Shown here: piece by piece, positions 52,953 through 63,562 of the stretch
Layout of the letters: every line of letters starts with the position of its first letter
How positions within the stretch are numbered: position 1 is the stretch's first letter
Source: Leptolyngbyaceae cyanobacterium
Lineage (GTDB): Bacteria; Cyanobacteriota; Cyanobacteriia; Phormidesmidales; Phormidesmidaceae
DNA length: 64,000 nucleotides
Direction: 5' to 3'
Assembly: GCA_965263355.1 (NCBI GenBank)
Contig: CBDHHL010000048.1
Location: 160,001-224,000 of the forward strand
Translations under genes and position numbers: made by a program
Notes under the pieces: generated by a model
Database searches by the model: none
What the model saw: only the letters and a program-made list of their open reading frames with translations
What the model was told of the DNA's origin: nothing

Positions 52953-53879
52953 CTAAAGTACGCGAGCACGCAATAATGCTGGTGGTAAACATAGTAGCTT
53001 GCGCACTGTCGGCACAAACGCTCGCCGATTAAAGACGTCGTACTGATTCTCAGCAATGACATCTAAAATCTTACGATAGAGCATTAATGCTGACCAAACA
53101 GGCCAACGAGCGTCTGGGCTGAGAACACCTATACCACTCTCAGCCTGACGATAAAATTTTAACGCCCGCTGAATCTGAAACCGCATTAACGACCGCCAAC
53201 GCTCATCAATTACTCCATTTATCAAATCTGTCTCGCTATACTTAAATAGCTCAAGGTCCTCAAGGGGCAAATAAATACGACCACGACGAGCATCTTCGCC
53301 CACATCACGCAAAATATTTGTGAGCTGATTAGCAATACCAAGCGCAATCGCTTCCTCCGTTGGACAAGGTAATGCCTTAGCCCATGGGGCACTATTATAC
53401 TCAGGATCCAAACCCATCACAACTGTGGACATTAAACCAACAGTTCCCGCCACCCGATAGCAGTAGAGCTTCAAATCATCAAAGGTCTCATATCGAGAGC
53501 ATTGCAAGTCCATCCGCTGACCAGCAATCATGTCACGAAACGGTTGAATATCCAGTTCGAAATGCTCTAGAGCATCGACCATCGCCACATCGTAATCATC
53601 TTGAGGATTACCTGCAAAAACAGATTCTAGCTGTTCTTCCCAATCATCAAGGGTTGCTTCAGTTGTAAATTCTGCAGAAGGTCCATCCACCAACTCATCT
53701 GTACGCCTACACCATACATAAATAGCCCAGATAGCACGACGCTTGGCTTCAGACATCAGCATCGTACCCAAATAAAATGTTTTGGAATATTTAGCAGTGA
53801 TCTGTCGACAGCACTCATAAGACTCATCAATCGACGCCAAAGAAACAGGTGAGACAGTGGTGATGGATTGCAACAGCAT
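52953..53879 (-). CDS. crtB: Phytoene synthase
   Basis: KTFYLGT, CRRTDELVD, YCYRVAGTVG, NQLTNILRDVGED. Confidence 0.97.
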   Translation of the reverse strand: MLLQSITTVSPVSLASIDESYECCRQITAKYSKTFYLGTMLMSEAKRRAIWAIYVWCRRTDELVDGPSAEFTTEATLDDWEEQLESVFAGNPQDDYDVAMVDALEHFELDIQPFRDMIAGQRMDLQCSRYETFDDLKLYCYRVAGTVGLMSTVVMGLDPEYNSAPWAKALPCPTEEAIALGIANQLTNILRDVGEDARRGRIYLPLEDLELFKYSETDLINGVIDERWRSLMRFQIQRALKFYRQAESGIGVLSPDARWPVWSALMLYRKILDVIAENQYDVFNRRAFVPTVRKLLCLPPALLRARVL

Positions 53880-54087
53880 GGGGTTCTTATTCAACGAAAA
53901 GCATCATGGGCTAGTGGCGGAGTTGAAAAGCAATGGCTAATTTGCTATCACAATATGACAAATCAAATGCACCTTACAAACAATAGGTGCTACCAGCACT
54001 TCAGAGCAACGATTGCTCACACACTCTATTTATTTCATCCATTATAATTTTTAGGCGTTACATTCTGATACAGAAACGAAACATTTA

Positions 54088-54133
54088 CCCATAAAGGTTT
54101 CAATCAATAGCCCTTGATTGAAACCTTTATGGG
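54088..54133. repeat. Perfect 20-bp inverted repeat with 6-nt spacer in the crtB/glyA divergent region
   Basis: cccataaaggtttcaatcaa-tagccc-ttgattgaaacctttatggg. Confidence 0.85.
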
Positions 54134-54286
54134 CATACCCAATAGATGATAGATAGTCAGCTTCTATGGCAGCACGTTACTATAGGCTGTTGGTAAATCA
54201 TAGGCAATCAACAATCTTCTTACCTAGCAGCCAGGCCTTTGCTTAATAAGTCAGCTAGGTTTACTCAACTTACAACATCCATCCTC

Positions 54287-55567
54287 ATGACCACTAATTT
54301 CGACTGTTTGAGACAGACCGACCCAGACATTACTGTCATCATTGAGCATGAACGTCAGCGGCAACAAGATCATCTAGAGCTGATCGCCAGTGAGAACTTT
54401 ACATCCCCTGCTGTGATGGCAGCCCAGGGTTCTGTGCTGACTAATAAGTATGCCGAAGGTCTGCCTAGCAAGCGCTACTACGGCGGCTGCGAATTTGTTG
54501 ATCAGGCTGAGGCTCTTGCCATTGAAAGAATTAAGCAGCTATTTGGTGCTGCCCATGCTAATGTTCAACCCCACTCTGGAGCCCAGGCTAACTTTGCCGT
54601 CTTTTTAGCCTTGCTACAACCTGGCGACACAATCATGGGCATGGATTTATCCCATGGTGGTCACCTCACCCACGGCTCTCCGGTCAATGTTTCGGGTAAA
54701 TGGTTTAATGTCGTTCAGTACGGCGTTAATAAAGAAACTGAGCAACTAGATTATGATGCTATCCGTGAAATTGCGTTGGCACATCGCCCTAAGCTAATTG
54801 TTTGCGGTTACTCTGCTTATCCTCGGACTATTCACTTTGACAAGTTTCGGGCAATCGCCAACGAAATTGACGCTTATCTAATGGCCGACATTGCTCACAT
54901 TGCAGGGTTAGTAGCGACAGGCCATCACCCTAATCCCATTCCCCACTGCCATGTGGTTACCACCACTACCCATAAGACATTGAGAGGGCCTCGGGGTGGT
55001 TTAATCATGACAAGCGATCCGGATTTGGGTAAAAAGTTTGACAAAGCCGTCTTTCCTGGGAGCCAGGGGGGCCCTTTAGAGCATGTCATCGCTGCTAAAG
55101 CCGTTGCCTTTGGAGAAGCCTTGCAACCTGAGTTTAAAACCTACTCGTCCCAGGTCATTACCAATGCCCAGGCTCTGGCAGCTCAGCTTCAGACAAGGGG
55201 CTTTAAAGTAGTGTCAAACGGAACTGATAATCATTTGGTATTGGTTGACTTACGCTCCATTAGTATGACTGGTAAACAGGCTGACGCTTTAGTGAGCATG
55301 GTCAACATCACCGCCAATAAAAATACCGTGCCCTTTGATCCTGAATCTCCTTTTGTAACCAGTGGTCTGCGTCTGGGTTCACCAGCAATGACAACACGAG
55401 GGCTGGCAATTGACGAATTTAAAGAAATTGCCAACATTATTGCTGACCGACTGTTGTCACCTGAGGATAGTAATATTGAGGCCGACTGTCGAAATCGCGT
55501 TGCAGTTCTCTGCAAGCATTTTCCGCTTTATCCTCACCTGCATCCAACAGCAGCCGCACTAGCTTAG
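54287..55567 (+). CDS. glyA: Serine hydroxymethyltransferase
   Basis: [22 protein letters not shown]. Confidence 0.98.
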   Translation: MTTNFDCLRQTDPDITVIIEHERQRQQDHLELIASENFTSPAVMAAQGSVLTNKYAEGLPSKRYYGGCEFVDQAEALAIERIKQLFGAAHANVQPHSGAQANFAVFLALLQPGDTIMGMDLSHGGHLTHGSPVNVSGKWFNVVQYGVNKETEQLDYDAIREIALAHRPKLIVCGYSAYPRTIHFDKFRAIANEIDAYLMADIAHIAGLVATGHHPNPIPHCHVVTTTTHKTLRGPRGGLIMTSDPDLGKKFDKAVFPGSQGGPLEHVIAAKAVAFGEALQPEFKTYSSQVITNAQALAAQLQTRGFKVVSNGTDNHLVLVDLRSISMTGKQADALVSMVNITANKNTVPFDPESPFVTSGLRLGSPAMTTRGLAIDEFKEIANIIADRLLSPEDSNIEADCRNRVAVLCKHFPLYPHLHPTAAALA

Positions 55568-55585
55568 GCAACCAATTTTTATTCA

Positions 55586-55608
55586 AGCTAGCCAAGTTTG
55601 GCTAGCTT
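55586..55608 (+). terminator. Hairpin after glyA
   Basis: aagctagccaa-g-tttggctagctt. Confidence 0.5.
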
Positions 55609-55849
55609 AGGGATATTTTTCTAAGCTAACCCGGTAAGTCAGGTCTTCATGACTTGAAAAATCGCTTCAAATGCCACTGTACATAGCAAGATTCTATAAA
55701 AATTTAACAATAGCAGTCTTAACCTTATATTCACAGCTTGAAAGATTCAAAAAACCTGCTAGTGTGACGGTGACTATTGTGTGTGCCGTCGGTCTTCGAT
55801 CTTGAGTTCATAAAATAGCTTGCGTTGTCTTCTCCATCCTCTGACACCC

Positions 55850-56911
55850 ATGCCTTTTCAGATATATCCCCTACTGGCTTTTACACTGTCAGCCGCTGTG
55901 GTACTCGTGTCCACACCTATTATCAAAAAAATTGGGTTACATAGTGGTCGAGTTGATATGCCTGGAGGACGTAAAGTCCATAAAGTCCCTATGGTGAGAC
56001 TGGGAGGCGTATCTATTTTTTTAGGCACAGTAGTTGCTTTATTGGTTGTTTGGAATACTGGCGGCTTTGTTGATGCGCAGGGGCAACAACTGGTTAATGA
56101 GCCAGAAGCAGAAATATGGGGAGTAACCTTAGGGGGCTTAGCTTTTTTCTTAATTGGCCTGTTGGACGATCTCTTTGGTCTCTCCGCCATTAGTCGACTT
56201 TTGATGCAGGCTGTTGTCGCTGCGATCACTTGGCATGTAGGTGTGGACATTGCCTTTGTATCGATTCCAGGCATAGGAATTGTACAGTTGGCTGCCTGGG
56301 TGAGCTTACCCATCACAGTAGTATGGCTGGTGGGTATGGCGAATGCAATTAATTGGATTGATGGTTTAGATGGTTTGGCAGCAGGAGTTTCGGGAATTGC
56401 TGCCATTGTGATGATGCTAGTTGCTTTATTTATGCAGCAACCTGCTGCTGCAATTATCGCAGCAGCTTTAGCGGGGGGAGCGCTAAGCTTTCTGAAATAT
56501 AATTTCAATCCAGCTCAAATATTTATGGGAGATGGTGGAGCTTACTACATGGGCTTTACCCTGGGAGGTGTTGGCGTCATTGGCTTAGTCAAGGGTGTAA
56601 CCACAGCGGCTGTATTTTTACCTTACTTATTGATATTAGCTGTCCCTATTTTGGACATGTCGGCAGTTATTTTCGCTCGTCTACGTCGTGGTTTATCACC
56701 ATTTGTAGCTGACAGACGCCATTTACACCATCGTTTATTGAATGCTGGTCTCTCCCATCGTTTTACAGTTTTATTTATATATACTCTAACGTTGTGGGTT
56801 GGTAGCTTAGCGTTAGCTTTTTCAGGCATGCCTAGCGGCATAGTCTATGCCCTTGGGTCAACGGCTTTGTTAAGCTACACCAGCTGGCGCGCAAAACGTC
56901 ATGCTAGATAA
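55850..56911 (+). CDS. WecA/MraY-family polyprenyl-phosphate sugar-1-phosphate transferase
   Basis: GLLDD, NWIDGLDGL, FMGDGG, HLHHRL. Confidence 0.92.
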   Translation: MPFQIYPLLAFTLSAAVVLVSTPIIKKIGLHSGRVDMPGGRKVHKVPMVRLGGVSIFLGTVVALLVVWNTGGFVDAQGQQLVNEPEAEIWGVTLGGLAFFLIGLLDDLFGLSAISRLLMQAVVAAITWHVGVDIAFVSIPGIGIVQLAAWVSLPITVVWLVGMANAINWIDGLDGLAAGVSGIAAIVMMLVALFMQQPAAAIIAAALAGGALSFLKYNFNPAQIFMGDGGAYYMGFTLGGVGVIGLVKGVTTAAVFLPYLLILAVPILDMSAVIFARLRRGLSPFVADRRHLHHRLLNAGLSHRFTVLFIYTLTLWVGSLALAFSGMPSGIVYALGSTALLSYTSWRAKRHAR

Positions 56912-56919
56912 TAGGCGAG

Positions 56920-58464
56920 TCAATAGGGATATTTGTAAGGTGTGATTAACTTTCCAACGTCATATAAGTAGAAGGTTTCTGTGACTCCTCCTGCTCGCTG
57001 AGTTACTACGCTCTCTAATAAATCAAATCGTTCAAAGTAGGGGGTGTAAGTTGCTCGAATCGCATTTTGGTCATAGTCGGCAATAGTCATAAATAACCCT
57101 GAATATCCCACCCAATCAGCTGGTTTAAACCAAACGGCATGTCCGCGTGGATCTTGGGTAAAGGCCATAACTGAGGCTGGGGTAATCGGGCTAATAGCCA
57201 TATCCACATAGCCACTGAGCCAAAACTCATTTGTAATTAGAAAATCAGTGGCAGCGATCGCATCTCTCACTTTCCCCTGTTGTAAACGCTGCCGCAGTTG
57301 CATAACATCAATCATGCTGGTGGTTGGATCAGTCTCTGGAGCAAGCATTTCCACTACGCCACCAGGACGCTGCAGGGTTCCCAACACAACATGTCCAAGG
57401 GTAAAGATTAACAATACTGCCATGCCTAAGGCAGTCCCTATTAGCCATCGTCTGACAACTTGAGGCGACCAGTCAGTGATTGCCGCTGCCAGTAATAAAC
57501 TTAGACTCCATAAGCCTGGTGCAGGCCAAGCTGGATAAATATGGGTGATTCCGCCAAGACAGGTAAACCCAATGGCGATGGGCAGCCCTAAACAGAGTAC
57601 AAAGCGCTTTTTCACATCATCTAGCTGCCAAAGACTACGACCGCTGACCCACCATAGGGGGAAACCTAGGGTAGGAAATAGATAGGCTACACCCACCAAC
57701 CAAACGCCGAGCATATTGAGCGGATTAAACATCGACCCACGGGTACTGCCATCAAATCGGGTAGATAGGTGAAAGCTAAAGGACAACCATTCATGCTGGA
57801 CATTCCAATACACCAAAGGGAGCAATACACCACAAAACAGAATCATTGCTACTCCCGTCCATGGGGAGAATAGCGCCCGTCGATGCTGAGGACTGGTGAT
57901 ACAAAACCCCAATAAACTCAGCCCTAAAGCAAACCCGTGATATTTGCTGAGACAGGCTAGACCTAACAGTAAGCCAATCAGAGCAATTTTGGCAGTGGGC
58001 CGATAGGGCTTTCCCATGGGAAAAAATTCCAGCACAGCCACATACATCGCCATGGACCACCAAAACATCAAGGCATTATCTGGAGCCGCTAAGAGACCAA
58101 AACTGAAGATAAATAGGGGACATAAGGAGGAGATCGCAACCGCCCACATACCAACGGCTGGATTAAACAACCATCGACCACTGAGATAGAGGAATCCTGT
58201 ACTAATGCTATACAGGCCTAATGCCCCCAATCGTATTGTTAACGGGGAAATGTAATTTGTCAGCCAGGGACCAATGGCCGTGGTCAAGGCCACCATCAAA
58301 GGATGATCAAAGTAGCTCCAATCCCAATGCTGGGTGTACAAAAAATAGTAAGCTTCATCAAATCCTGGTGGCAGCAGCCAGGCAATCAGGATTCGCAAAG
58401 CCCAAGAGCCGATTAAAATCCCAATTAACCAGCTTGGCCATCGCATTATTTTTCTAGTGGCCAT
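56920..58464 (-). CDS. GT-C (ArnT/PMT-like, family 39/83) membrane glycosyltransferase
   Basis: DEAYY, YFDHP, GLACLSKY motifs; multiple TM segments. Confidence 0.88.
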   Translation of the reverse strand: MATRKIMRWPSWLIGILIGSWALRILIAWLLPPGFDEAYYFLYTQHWDWSYFDHPLMVALTTAIGPWLTNYISPLTIRLGALGLYSISTGFLYLSGRWLFNPAVGMWAVAISSLCPLFIFSFGLLAAPDNALMFWWSMAMYVAVLEFFPMGKPYRPTAKIALIGLLLGLACLSKYHGFALGLSLLGFCITSPQHRRALFSPWTGVAMILFCGVLLPLVYWNVQHEWLSFSFHLSTRFDGSTRGSMFNPLNMLGVWLVGVAYLFPTLGFPLWWVSGRSLWQLDDVKKRFVLCLGLPIAIGFTCLGGITHIYPAWPAPGLWSLSLLLAAAITDWSPQVVRRWLIGTALGMAVLLIFTLGHVVLGTLQRPGGVVEMLAPETDPTTSMIDVMQLRQRLQQGKVRDAIAATDFLITNEFWLSGYVDMAISPITPASVMAFTQDPRGHAVWFKPADWVGYSGLFMTIADYDQNAIRATYTPYFERFDLLESVVTQRAGGVTETFYLYDVGKLITPYKYPY

Positions 58465-58589
58465 AGTTTCCTCAATACATACCCAACCATTGCAAGTATC
58501 AGATCAAATCAACCAGAAATGCTTTACCATCAAGCAACACAGGGCATTTTTTACATTTTTTGTTTGACAAACTATCCTGTCCAACCATC

Positions 58590-59855
58590 ATGACCGGCAG
58601 TGCAGAAATCATATGCGTAGGTACCGAACTGCTTTTGGGTGACATTGTCAATGGCAACGCTCAATATCTGGCACAGCAGCTAGCTCAGCTAGGTATTGCC
58701 CACTATTACCAAACTGTAGTGGGGGATAATCCCCTACGCTTAACACGGGCCATCGCCATTGCCTGTGAAAGAGCCCACTTAATTATTTTTACTGGTGGCC
58801 TAGGCCCCACATCTGACGACATTACGACAGCCACTATCGCCGATTTTTTTGGAGTCCCTCTGGTTGAGAATGTAGAGATTTTAGCTGATATTACTGCTAA
58901 ATTTGCTCAACGCCAGCGCCCTATGAGTAACAACAATCGCAAACAGGCACTCATACCTGCTGGAGCCAATATATTACCTAATCCCCAAGGCACAGCCCCT
59001 GGCATTCTCTGGCAACCTCGTCCAGGTCTGCACGTGATCACCTTCCCAGGGGTGCCGAGTGAACTCCACACCATGTGGCAAAAGACAGCCATTCCTTATC
59101 TGCAAACCCAGGGATGGAGCAACGGTATTATCCATAGCCGCACTCTGAAATTTTGGGGTACAAGTGAATCAGGACTCGCAACAAAGGTTGATGACTTTCT
59201 CAAACTAGACAATCCTACGGTAGCTCCTTACGCTAGCGATGGGGTGATCAAACTACGTATTTCAGCTCAAGCAAGCAACGTAGTAGAGGCCGAGCAGCTG
59301 ATTTCTCCCGTTGTTACACAAATCAAGGCCATCAGCGGCATTGATTGCTTTGGAGAAAATGAGGATACCCTGGGCAATGCCGTTGGTCGCCTATTATTAG
59401 CCCAAAAAGCCACCTTAGCTGTAGCTGAATCCTGTACAGGTGGAGGTTTGGGGGCTATGATCACAGCTGTCCCAGGAAGTTCTGCATATTTTATGGGAGG
59501 GATTATTTCCTATGACAATGCAGCCAAAGAACGGCTCCTCGGTGTATCTGCCCAAACCCTAGAAAAATATGGAGCTGTGAGTGCCGCAGTCGCAGAACAA
59601 ATGGCTATGGGCGTCCGCAGACAACTGGCAACCGATTGGGGGATAAGCATCACAGGAATTGCTGGTCCGGATGGCGGCAGCCCTCAAAAACCCGTAGGCT
59701 TAGTGTTCATTGGTGTAGCTAACCCGACCGATACATGGCATATCGAATGTCGTTTTGGCCATCGTAAAAGTCGTGAATGGATCCGCTTAATGAGCCGTAA
59801 TACCGCATTAGACATCCTACGTAGGACGCTCTTGGGCATCTCAAAAAGCGTGTAA
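58590..59855 (+). CDS. cinA: Competence/damage-inducible protein A (MocF plus PncC domains)
   Basis: GTELLLG, GGLGPTSDD, AESCTGG, SITGIAGP. Confidence 0.95.
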   Translation: MTGSAEIICVGTELLLGDIVNGNAQYLAQQLAQLGIAHYYQTVVGDNPLRLTRAIAIACERAHLIIFTGGLGPTSDDITTATIADFFGVPLVENVEILADITAKFAQRQRPMSNNNRKQALIPAGANILPNPQGTAPGILWQPRPGLHVITFPGVPSELHTMWQKTAIPYLQTQGWSNGIIHSRTLKFWGTSESGLATKVDDFLKLDNPTVAPYASDGVIKLRISAQASNVVEAEQLISPVVTQIKAISGIDCFGENEDTLGNAVGRLLLAQKATLAVAESCTGGGLGAMITAVPGSSAYFMGGIISYDNAAKERLLGVSAQTLEKYGAVSAAVAEQMAMGVRRQLATDWGISITGIAGPDGGSPQKPVGLVFIGVANPTDTWHIECRFGHRKSREWIRLMSRNTALDILRRTLLGISKSV

Positions 59856-60026
59856 ATACCGATTGAGGGATCACCCAACCTTGATCATTTCTGTCAATTC
59901 GTTATCATAGTGAATACTTCCACAGATAAGTTCACTGAAGTTCACTTCAAGTTGATTTGCTATTTGTGGAATCTATAATGGTTCTACAAAGAGTTGCATT
60001 AGATGAGATTAGGAGCAACCTGGCTC

Positions 60027-60155
60027 ATGGACATTGGTAAAATTCTGGAAAAGCTGAAAAACTGGGTAAATAGAGTACTCGACTCTTTGCTTGGCCCCGC
60101 AGCGCAGCCGGAGCCAGAAGCAATTCCTATCCCAGTTAATGAGCGCCGTCGTTAA
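60027..60155 (+). CDS. 42-aa small protein (not in ORF track)
   Basis: MDIGKILEKLKNWVNRVLDSLLGPAAQPEPEAIPIPVNERRR; AGGAG upstream and TATAAT near 59974. Confidence 0.7.
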   Translation: MDIGKILEKLKNWVNRVLDSLLGPAAQPEPEAIPIPVNERRR

Positions 60156-60272
60156 GTTTTGACATAACTGAGTATTGATTTAGGCGTTCACATGTGTCTG
60201 TGTATAGGCATAATTCAACACTTCAGTTGTTAGACTTTGATACTATTCAATATGTAGTTTCTGAACAACCTG

Positions 60273-60710
60273 TTGGATAGTATTTTGGTGATTCACGGTC
60301 CCAACTTAAATATGTTGGGAAAACGTGAACCTGAGGTTTATGGCAATAATACTCTCGCAGACATTAATGGAGCTTTGGAAGTTCTGTCCAAGGATTTGCG
60401 AGTTACTGTCAGTTTTTATCAGTCAAATCATGAAGGTGCACTGGTAGATGCTGTTCAAGCTTCTGTTGATAAGCATCAAGGAATCTTAATCAATCCTGGG
60501 GCTTACACCCACACGAGTGTGGCACTTCGTGATGCAGTTGCAGCTGTAGCCATTCCTACTGTTGAGGTTCATCTCAGTAATATTCACAAGCGCGAAGCAT
60601 TTCGGCACCACTCGTATATTGCCGCCGTTGCCATTGGTCAGATTTGTGGCTTTGGTATAGAAAGTTATTACCTTGGGTTAAGGGCTTTAGTGAATTATTT
60701 ACAGCTTTAA
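60273..60710 (+). CDS. aroQ: Type II 3-dehydroquinate dehydratase
   Basis: [32 protein letters not shown]. Confidence 0.97.
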   Translation: MDSILVIHGPNLNMLGKREPEVYGNNTLADINGALEVLSKDLRVTVSFYQSNHEGALVDAVQASVDKHQGILINPGAYTHTSVALRDAVAAVAIPTVEVHLSNIHKREAFRHHSYIAAVAIGQICGFGIESYYLGLRALVNYLQL

Positions 60711-60727
60711 TTCGCAAATCAATATTA

Positions 60728-62038
60728 TTAAGTATCAAGTACATTAGACTTGGGTTTGGGGTGATTTGACACTGAGCCATTTGGGCAAGGCGAGCTATAG
60801 TTCCCGTGATTGTCGGTTTCAGATGATTGGCTTTGCATTTGAGTCTTTAACTTTTCTAGCTGTTCAGCCATAATTTTGGCCATTGTTCCTGGTTCCCGCT
60901 GTTGTACCCATACCATACTTGCCGAGAGGAGTAGTTCTTTGAGATAGGCATAGGAAAAGTGATCAGATTCTATTGCGATTTCATAGATTTCTTTCTCCGA
61001 CAACTGCATAGCTGAGTTAAGCTTTTGATTCCACAGCTGTAGGTAAGCAACCCGATCTGTCGTTCCAGGGGCCTCGAAATGATATTTGCGGTCAAATCGG
61101 CTGGGTCGTTCCAAAATTGCAATGTCTAATCGCTCCGGATGATTAGTAGATGCAATCATCAGCACCCCATCATTCAGGGCAAATCCATCCAGCTCATTGA
61201 GAAAAAATGAACGATTTTCATCATCCACCAGTGCATCCAGGTCCTCGATCACCACAATGCACGGAGCTGCCTCCCGCACACGATTAAAGGCAAGACGCAT
61301 ATTATCGGTGTCACTATTCTGCCTGGTCTTAAAACTTTTGATATATAGACATGGGTGCCCTAAAGAATTCACTAGGGCCTTTACCATATGGGTTTTACCA
61401 TTACCCGGTGGCCCAATAAACAGCAAGCCACGCTTCCAAGGCACGTTATACTCTGCATACATCGGCTGGGATTCAAAAAACCGCTGGGCATCTTCATAAA
61501 TATCTTCCTTAAGCGTGCCAGCTAACACCAAATTTTCTAACGTGGCACTTTTAATCGACGCATATAGGTCACGATTTTTTTGCCAAAAACCCCCTTCAAA
61601 GACTAGAACTTCTTCCCGCACCTGGGAATTCCATCTACAAACGGCAGCAAAAAAGTCATCGGCCACAGTCTGGGTATCGGCCAAAATCCAATAGTATCGA
61701 CAATCATCAAAATAGCCCTGGGGCCAGGAAAGTTGTAAAACCATCAAGGTATGATTTTGCCAATGCACCTCAAAACAAAAATTCTTTTGCTCGTAGCGCA
61801 GCTTTTGTTTTTTAGCATCCCATAGCGTCATCACATGATTATGTACCAAGGCTTCACGGGTACTGGCCACATAACCTGGAGGCAAATCAACTGTACTAAT
61901 TAGCTGGGTTTTGCATAGGCCTTCTTCGGCATATTTCCGCAGATCAAAATAGTAACTATCCCCCTCTAAAATGACTTTCCCAGGAAAACTCTCGGCCAAA
62001 AACTGACTGACATAGTAGGGAATTGACGCAGGGGACAT
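60728..62038 (-). CDS. AAA+ ATPase
   Basis: WKRGLLFIGPPGNGKT, IEDLD, RPSRFD. Confidence 0.88.
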   Translation of the reverse strand: MSPASIPYYVSQFLAESFPGKVILEGDSYYFDLRKYAEEGLCKTQLISTVDLPPGYVASTREALVHNHVMTLWDAKKQKLRYEQKNFCFEVHWQNHTLMVLQLSWPQGYFDDCRYYWILADTQTVADDFFAAVCRWNSQVREEVLVFEGGFWQKNRDLYASIKSATLENLVLAGTLKEDIYEDAQRFFESQPMYAEYNVPWKRGLLFIGPPGNGKTHMVKALVNSLGHPCLYIKSFKTRQNSDTDNMRLAFNRVREAAPCIVVIEDLDALVDDENRSFFLNELDGFALNDGVLMIASTNHPERLDIAILERPSRFDRKYHFEAPGTTDRVAYLQLWNQKLNSAMQLSEKEIYEIAIESDHFSYAYLKELLLSASMVWVQQREPGTMAKIMAEQLEKLKTQMQSQSSETDNHGNYSSPCPNGSVSNHPKPKSNVLDT

Positions 62039-62298
62039 CCTCAGCGCTTCTAAAATCAGATAGGTGAGATTAACTGAACGCGAACCCGATGAATAAAGCA
62101 TACTGAGGCGTGTGTTAATGCTTGAGGAGATTGATTACCCATAGACTATACTTTGCACTGCTTTTCCGCGACCTATGGGAAAACAGGATCATTAGTCCAC
62201 GTTCTGAACTTTAGGGTTTTTATAGCGGGAACTCAAGGTTTCACCGTGGATATGGTTAGCATGTGCTACGTTAACCACAACACTGTCGAGGGGTCGCT

Positions 62299-62844
62299 AT
62301 GGGTGATTTACAAGGTAATCCATTTATTGGCAATCCCTTTATGCAAAAGGGCAAAAAGACACCGCCTGTCAAGCGTGACCCCGAACCGCATCACCATCGC
62401 AAGGAGCCTAACGATCTCCCATTCGCTCCACCGTTACAATTCACTGACTCGCCCGCTGAATCAGCTAAAACATCTGCCAAGTCAGCTAAGCCCGTAAAAT
62501 CAACTGCCAAATCAACTACCAAATCAACCGCAGCAAAATCTCGCCCCAGTTCCAAACGTAAACGTACGAGTCAGCCTACCAATGCTATACCTGCCTCCAC
62601 AGGCTACTCAGTCAACGGCTATAAGGTGCAGGTGCTCGCTAAAATTCCCATGCCATCCAATACCAATATGCCCAGCCGTGACTATTTGTGGTTTGCGGTT
62701 TACCCAATCATTCCTCGGGTTGGGGACTGCATTTTTCACGATGGCCGTTACTTTCAGGTGGATGCTGTTTTTCTATATGAAAATGCAAATGCTAGCTGGT
62801 GTGCCGATTTAGAGGTTTCTTACTATACCAGGCGACCTCATTAA
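62299..62844 (+). CDS. Hypothetical protein: Lys/Ser/Ala low-complexity N-half and small C-terminal globular domain
   Basis: SAKTSAKSAKPVKSTAKSTTK repeats; IPRVGDCIF domain. Confidence 0.65.
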   Translation: MGDLQGNPFIGNPFMQKGKKTPPVKRDPEPHHHRKEPNDLPFAPPLQFTDSPAESAKTSAKSAKPVKSTAKSTTKSTAAKSRPSSKRKRTSQPTNAIPASTGYSVNGYKVQVLAKIPMPSNTNMPSRDYLWFAVYPIIPRVGDCIFHDGRYFQVDAVFLYENANASWCADLEVSYYTRRPH

Positions 62845-62855
62845 TCAAAGAATAG

Positions 62856-63509
62856 TTAAGGGATAAATGCTCGGACAATCGAATGGTTCACAAACGAGCC
62901 ATGAATTTGAGTAATCAGATCCTCAGCATCGGTGTCTTGGGCATACTGACTAGACAGGACCACGGTTTGCTCATTACCATAGCCCACAAAGGTGATTAAG
63001 GCCCGCTGCCCCGCTGCCGGTTCATACCAAATACGAAACCCTGATTGTCCATCAATGGCTACTAGGGAATAACGTTGGACAGCGACAGCTTCTGCCACAA
63101 TTTGATCTAGCCGTTGAGGTACAGCAGTCTGCGGATCTTCCCGGAGGATTACAATATCGGTGCGAATAGGCATATTAACGCCATCGGCAATATTACTGAC
63201 AATTGCCAAACCATTATCTCCTTGGGGGGCTATCTTCCATCCCCTGGGATAATCCACACTAAACTGAGCAGACTCATAGCGAGCAAATTCACTCGTTTCA
63301 TCAGACGACTCAGATTGCGATTGCTTAACGTTAAGAGCGCTAATAGCAAATTCACTTGGCCGCTCTGAAACGAACACTTCAGCGGAAATCCCACTCGAAG
63401 TTATCCCTAGGACGCTCCCTAAAGCGCCCATGCCTAGTAAAAATTGCCCTAAGGCCTGCTTAGTATCGAAATTCAAGTGTTTAGCGGTTTTGTACATTCC
63501 TTGCACCAT
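62856..63509 (-). CDS. Exported PsbP/Mog1-fold-like protein (start uncertain)
   Basis: Hydrophobic leader and FSVDYPRGW motif. Confidence 0.6.
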   Translation of the reverse strand: MVQGMYKTAKHLNFDTKQALGQFLLGMGALGSVLGITSSGISAEVFVSERPSEFAISALNVKQSQSESSDETSEFARYESAQFSVDYPRGWKIAPQGDNGLAIVSNIADGVNMPIRTDIVILREDPQTAVPQRLDQIVAEAVAVQRYSLVAIDGQSGFRIWYEPAAGQRALITFVGYGNEQTVVLSSQYAQDTDAEDLITQIHGSFVNHSIVRAFIP

Positions 63510-63562
63510 AGCTCTCAAGGCCTTAGTCGTCGAACGCATTCATCAAAATCGAGCAGGTTTCC

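Larger units (their letters stand above)
2873..57261. repeat. HIP1 octamer GCGATCGC, dispersed
   Basis: Seen at 2873, 9592, 12256, 12467, 18862, 18960, 24798, 25262, 31847, 49516, 51364, 57254; roughly one expected by chance in 64 kb. Confidence 0.85.

Noticed and set aside
55858..56508. 216-aa antisense ORF
   Set aside because: Shadow of the hydrophobic WecA-like gene; no motifs
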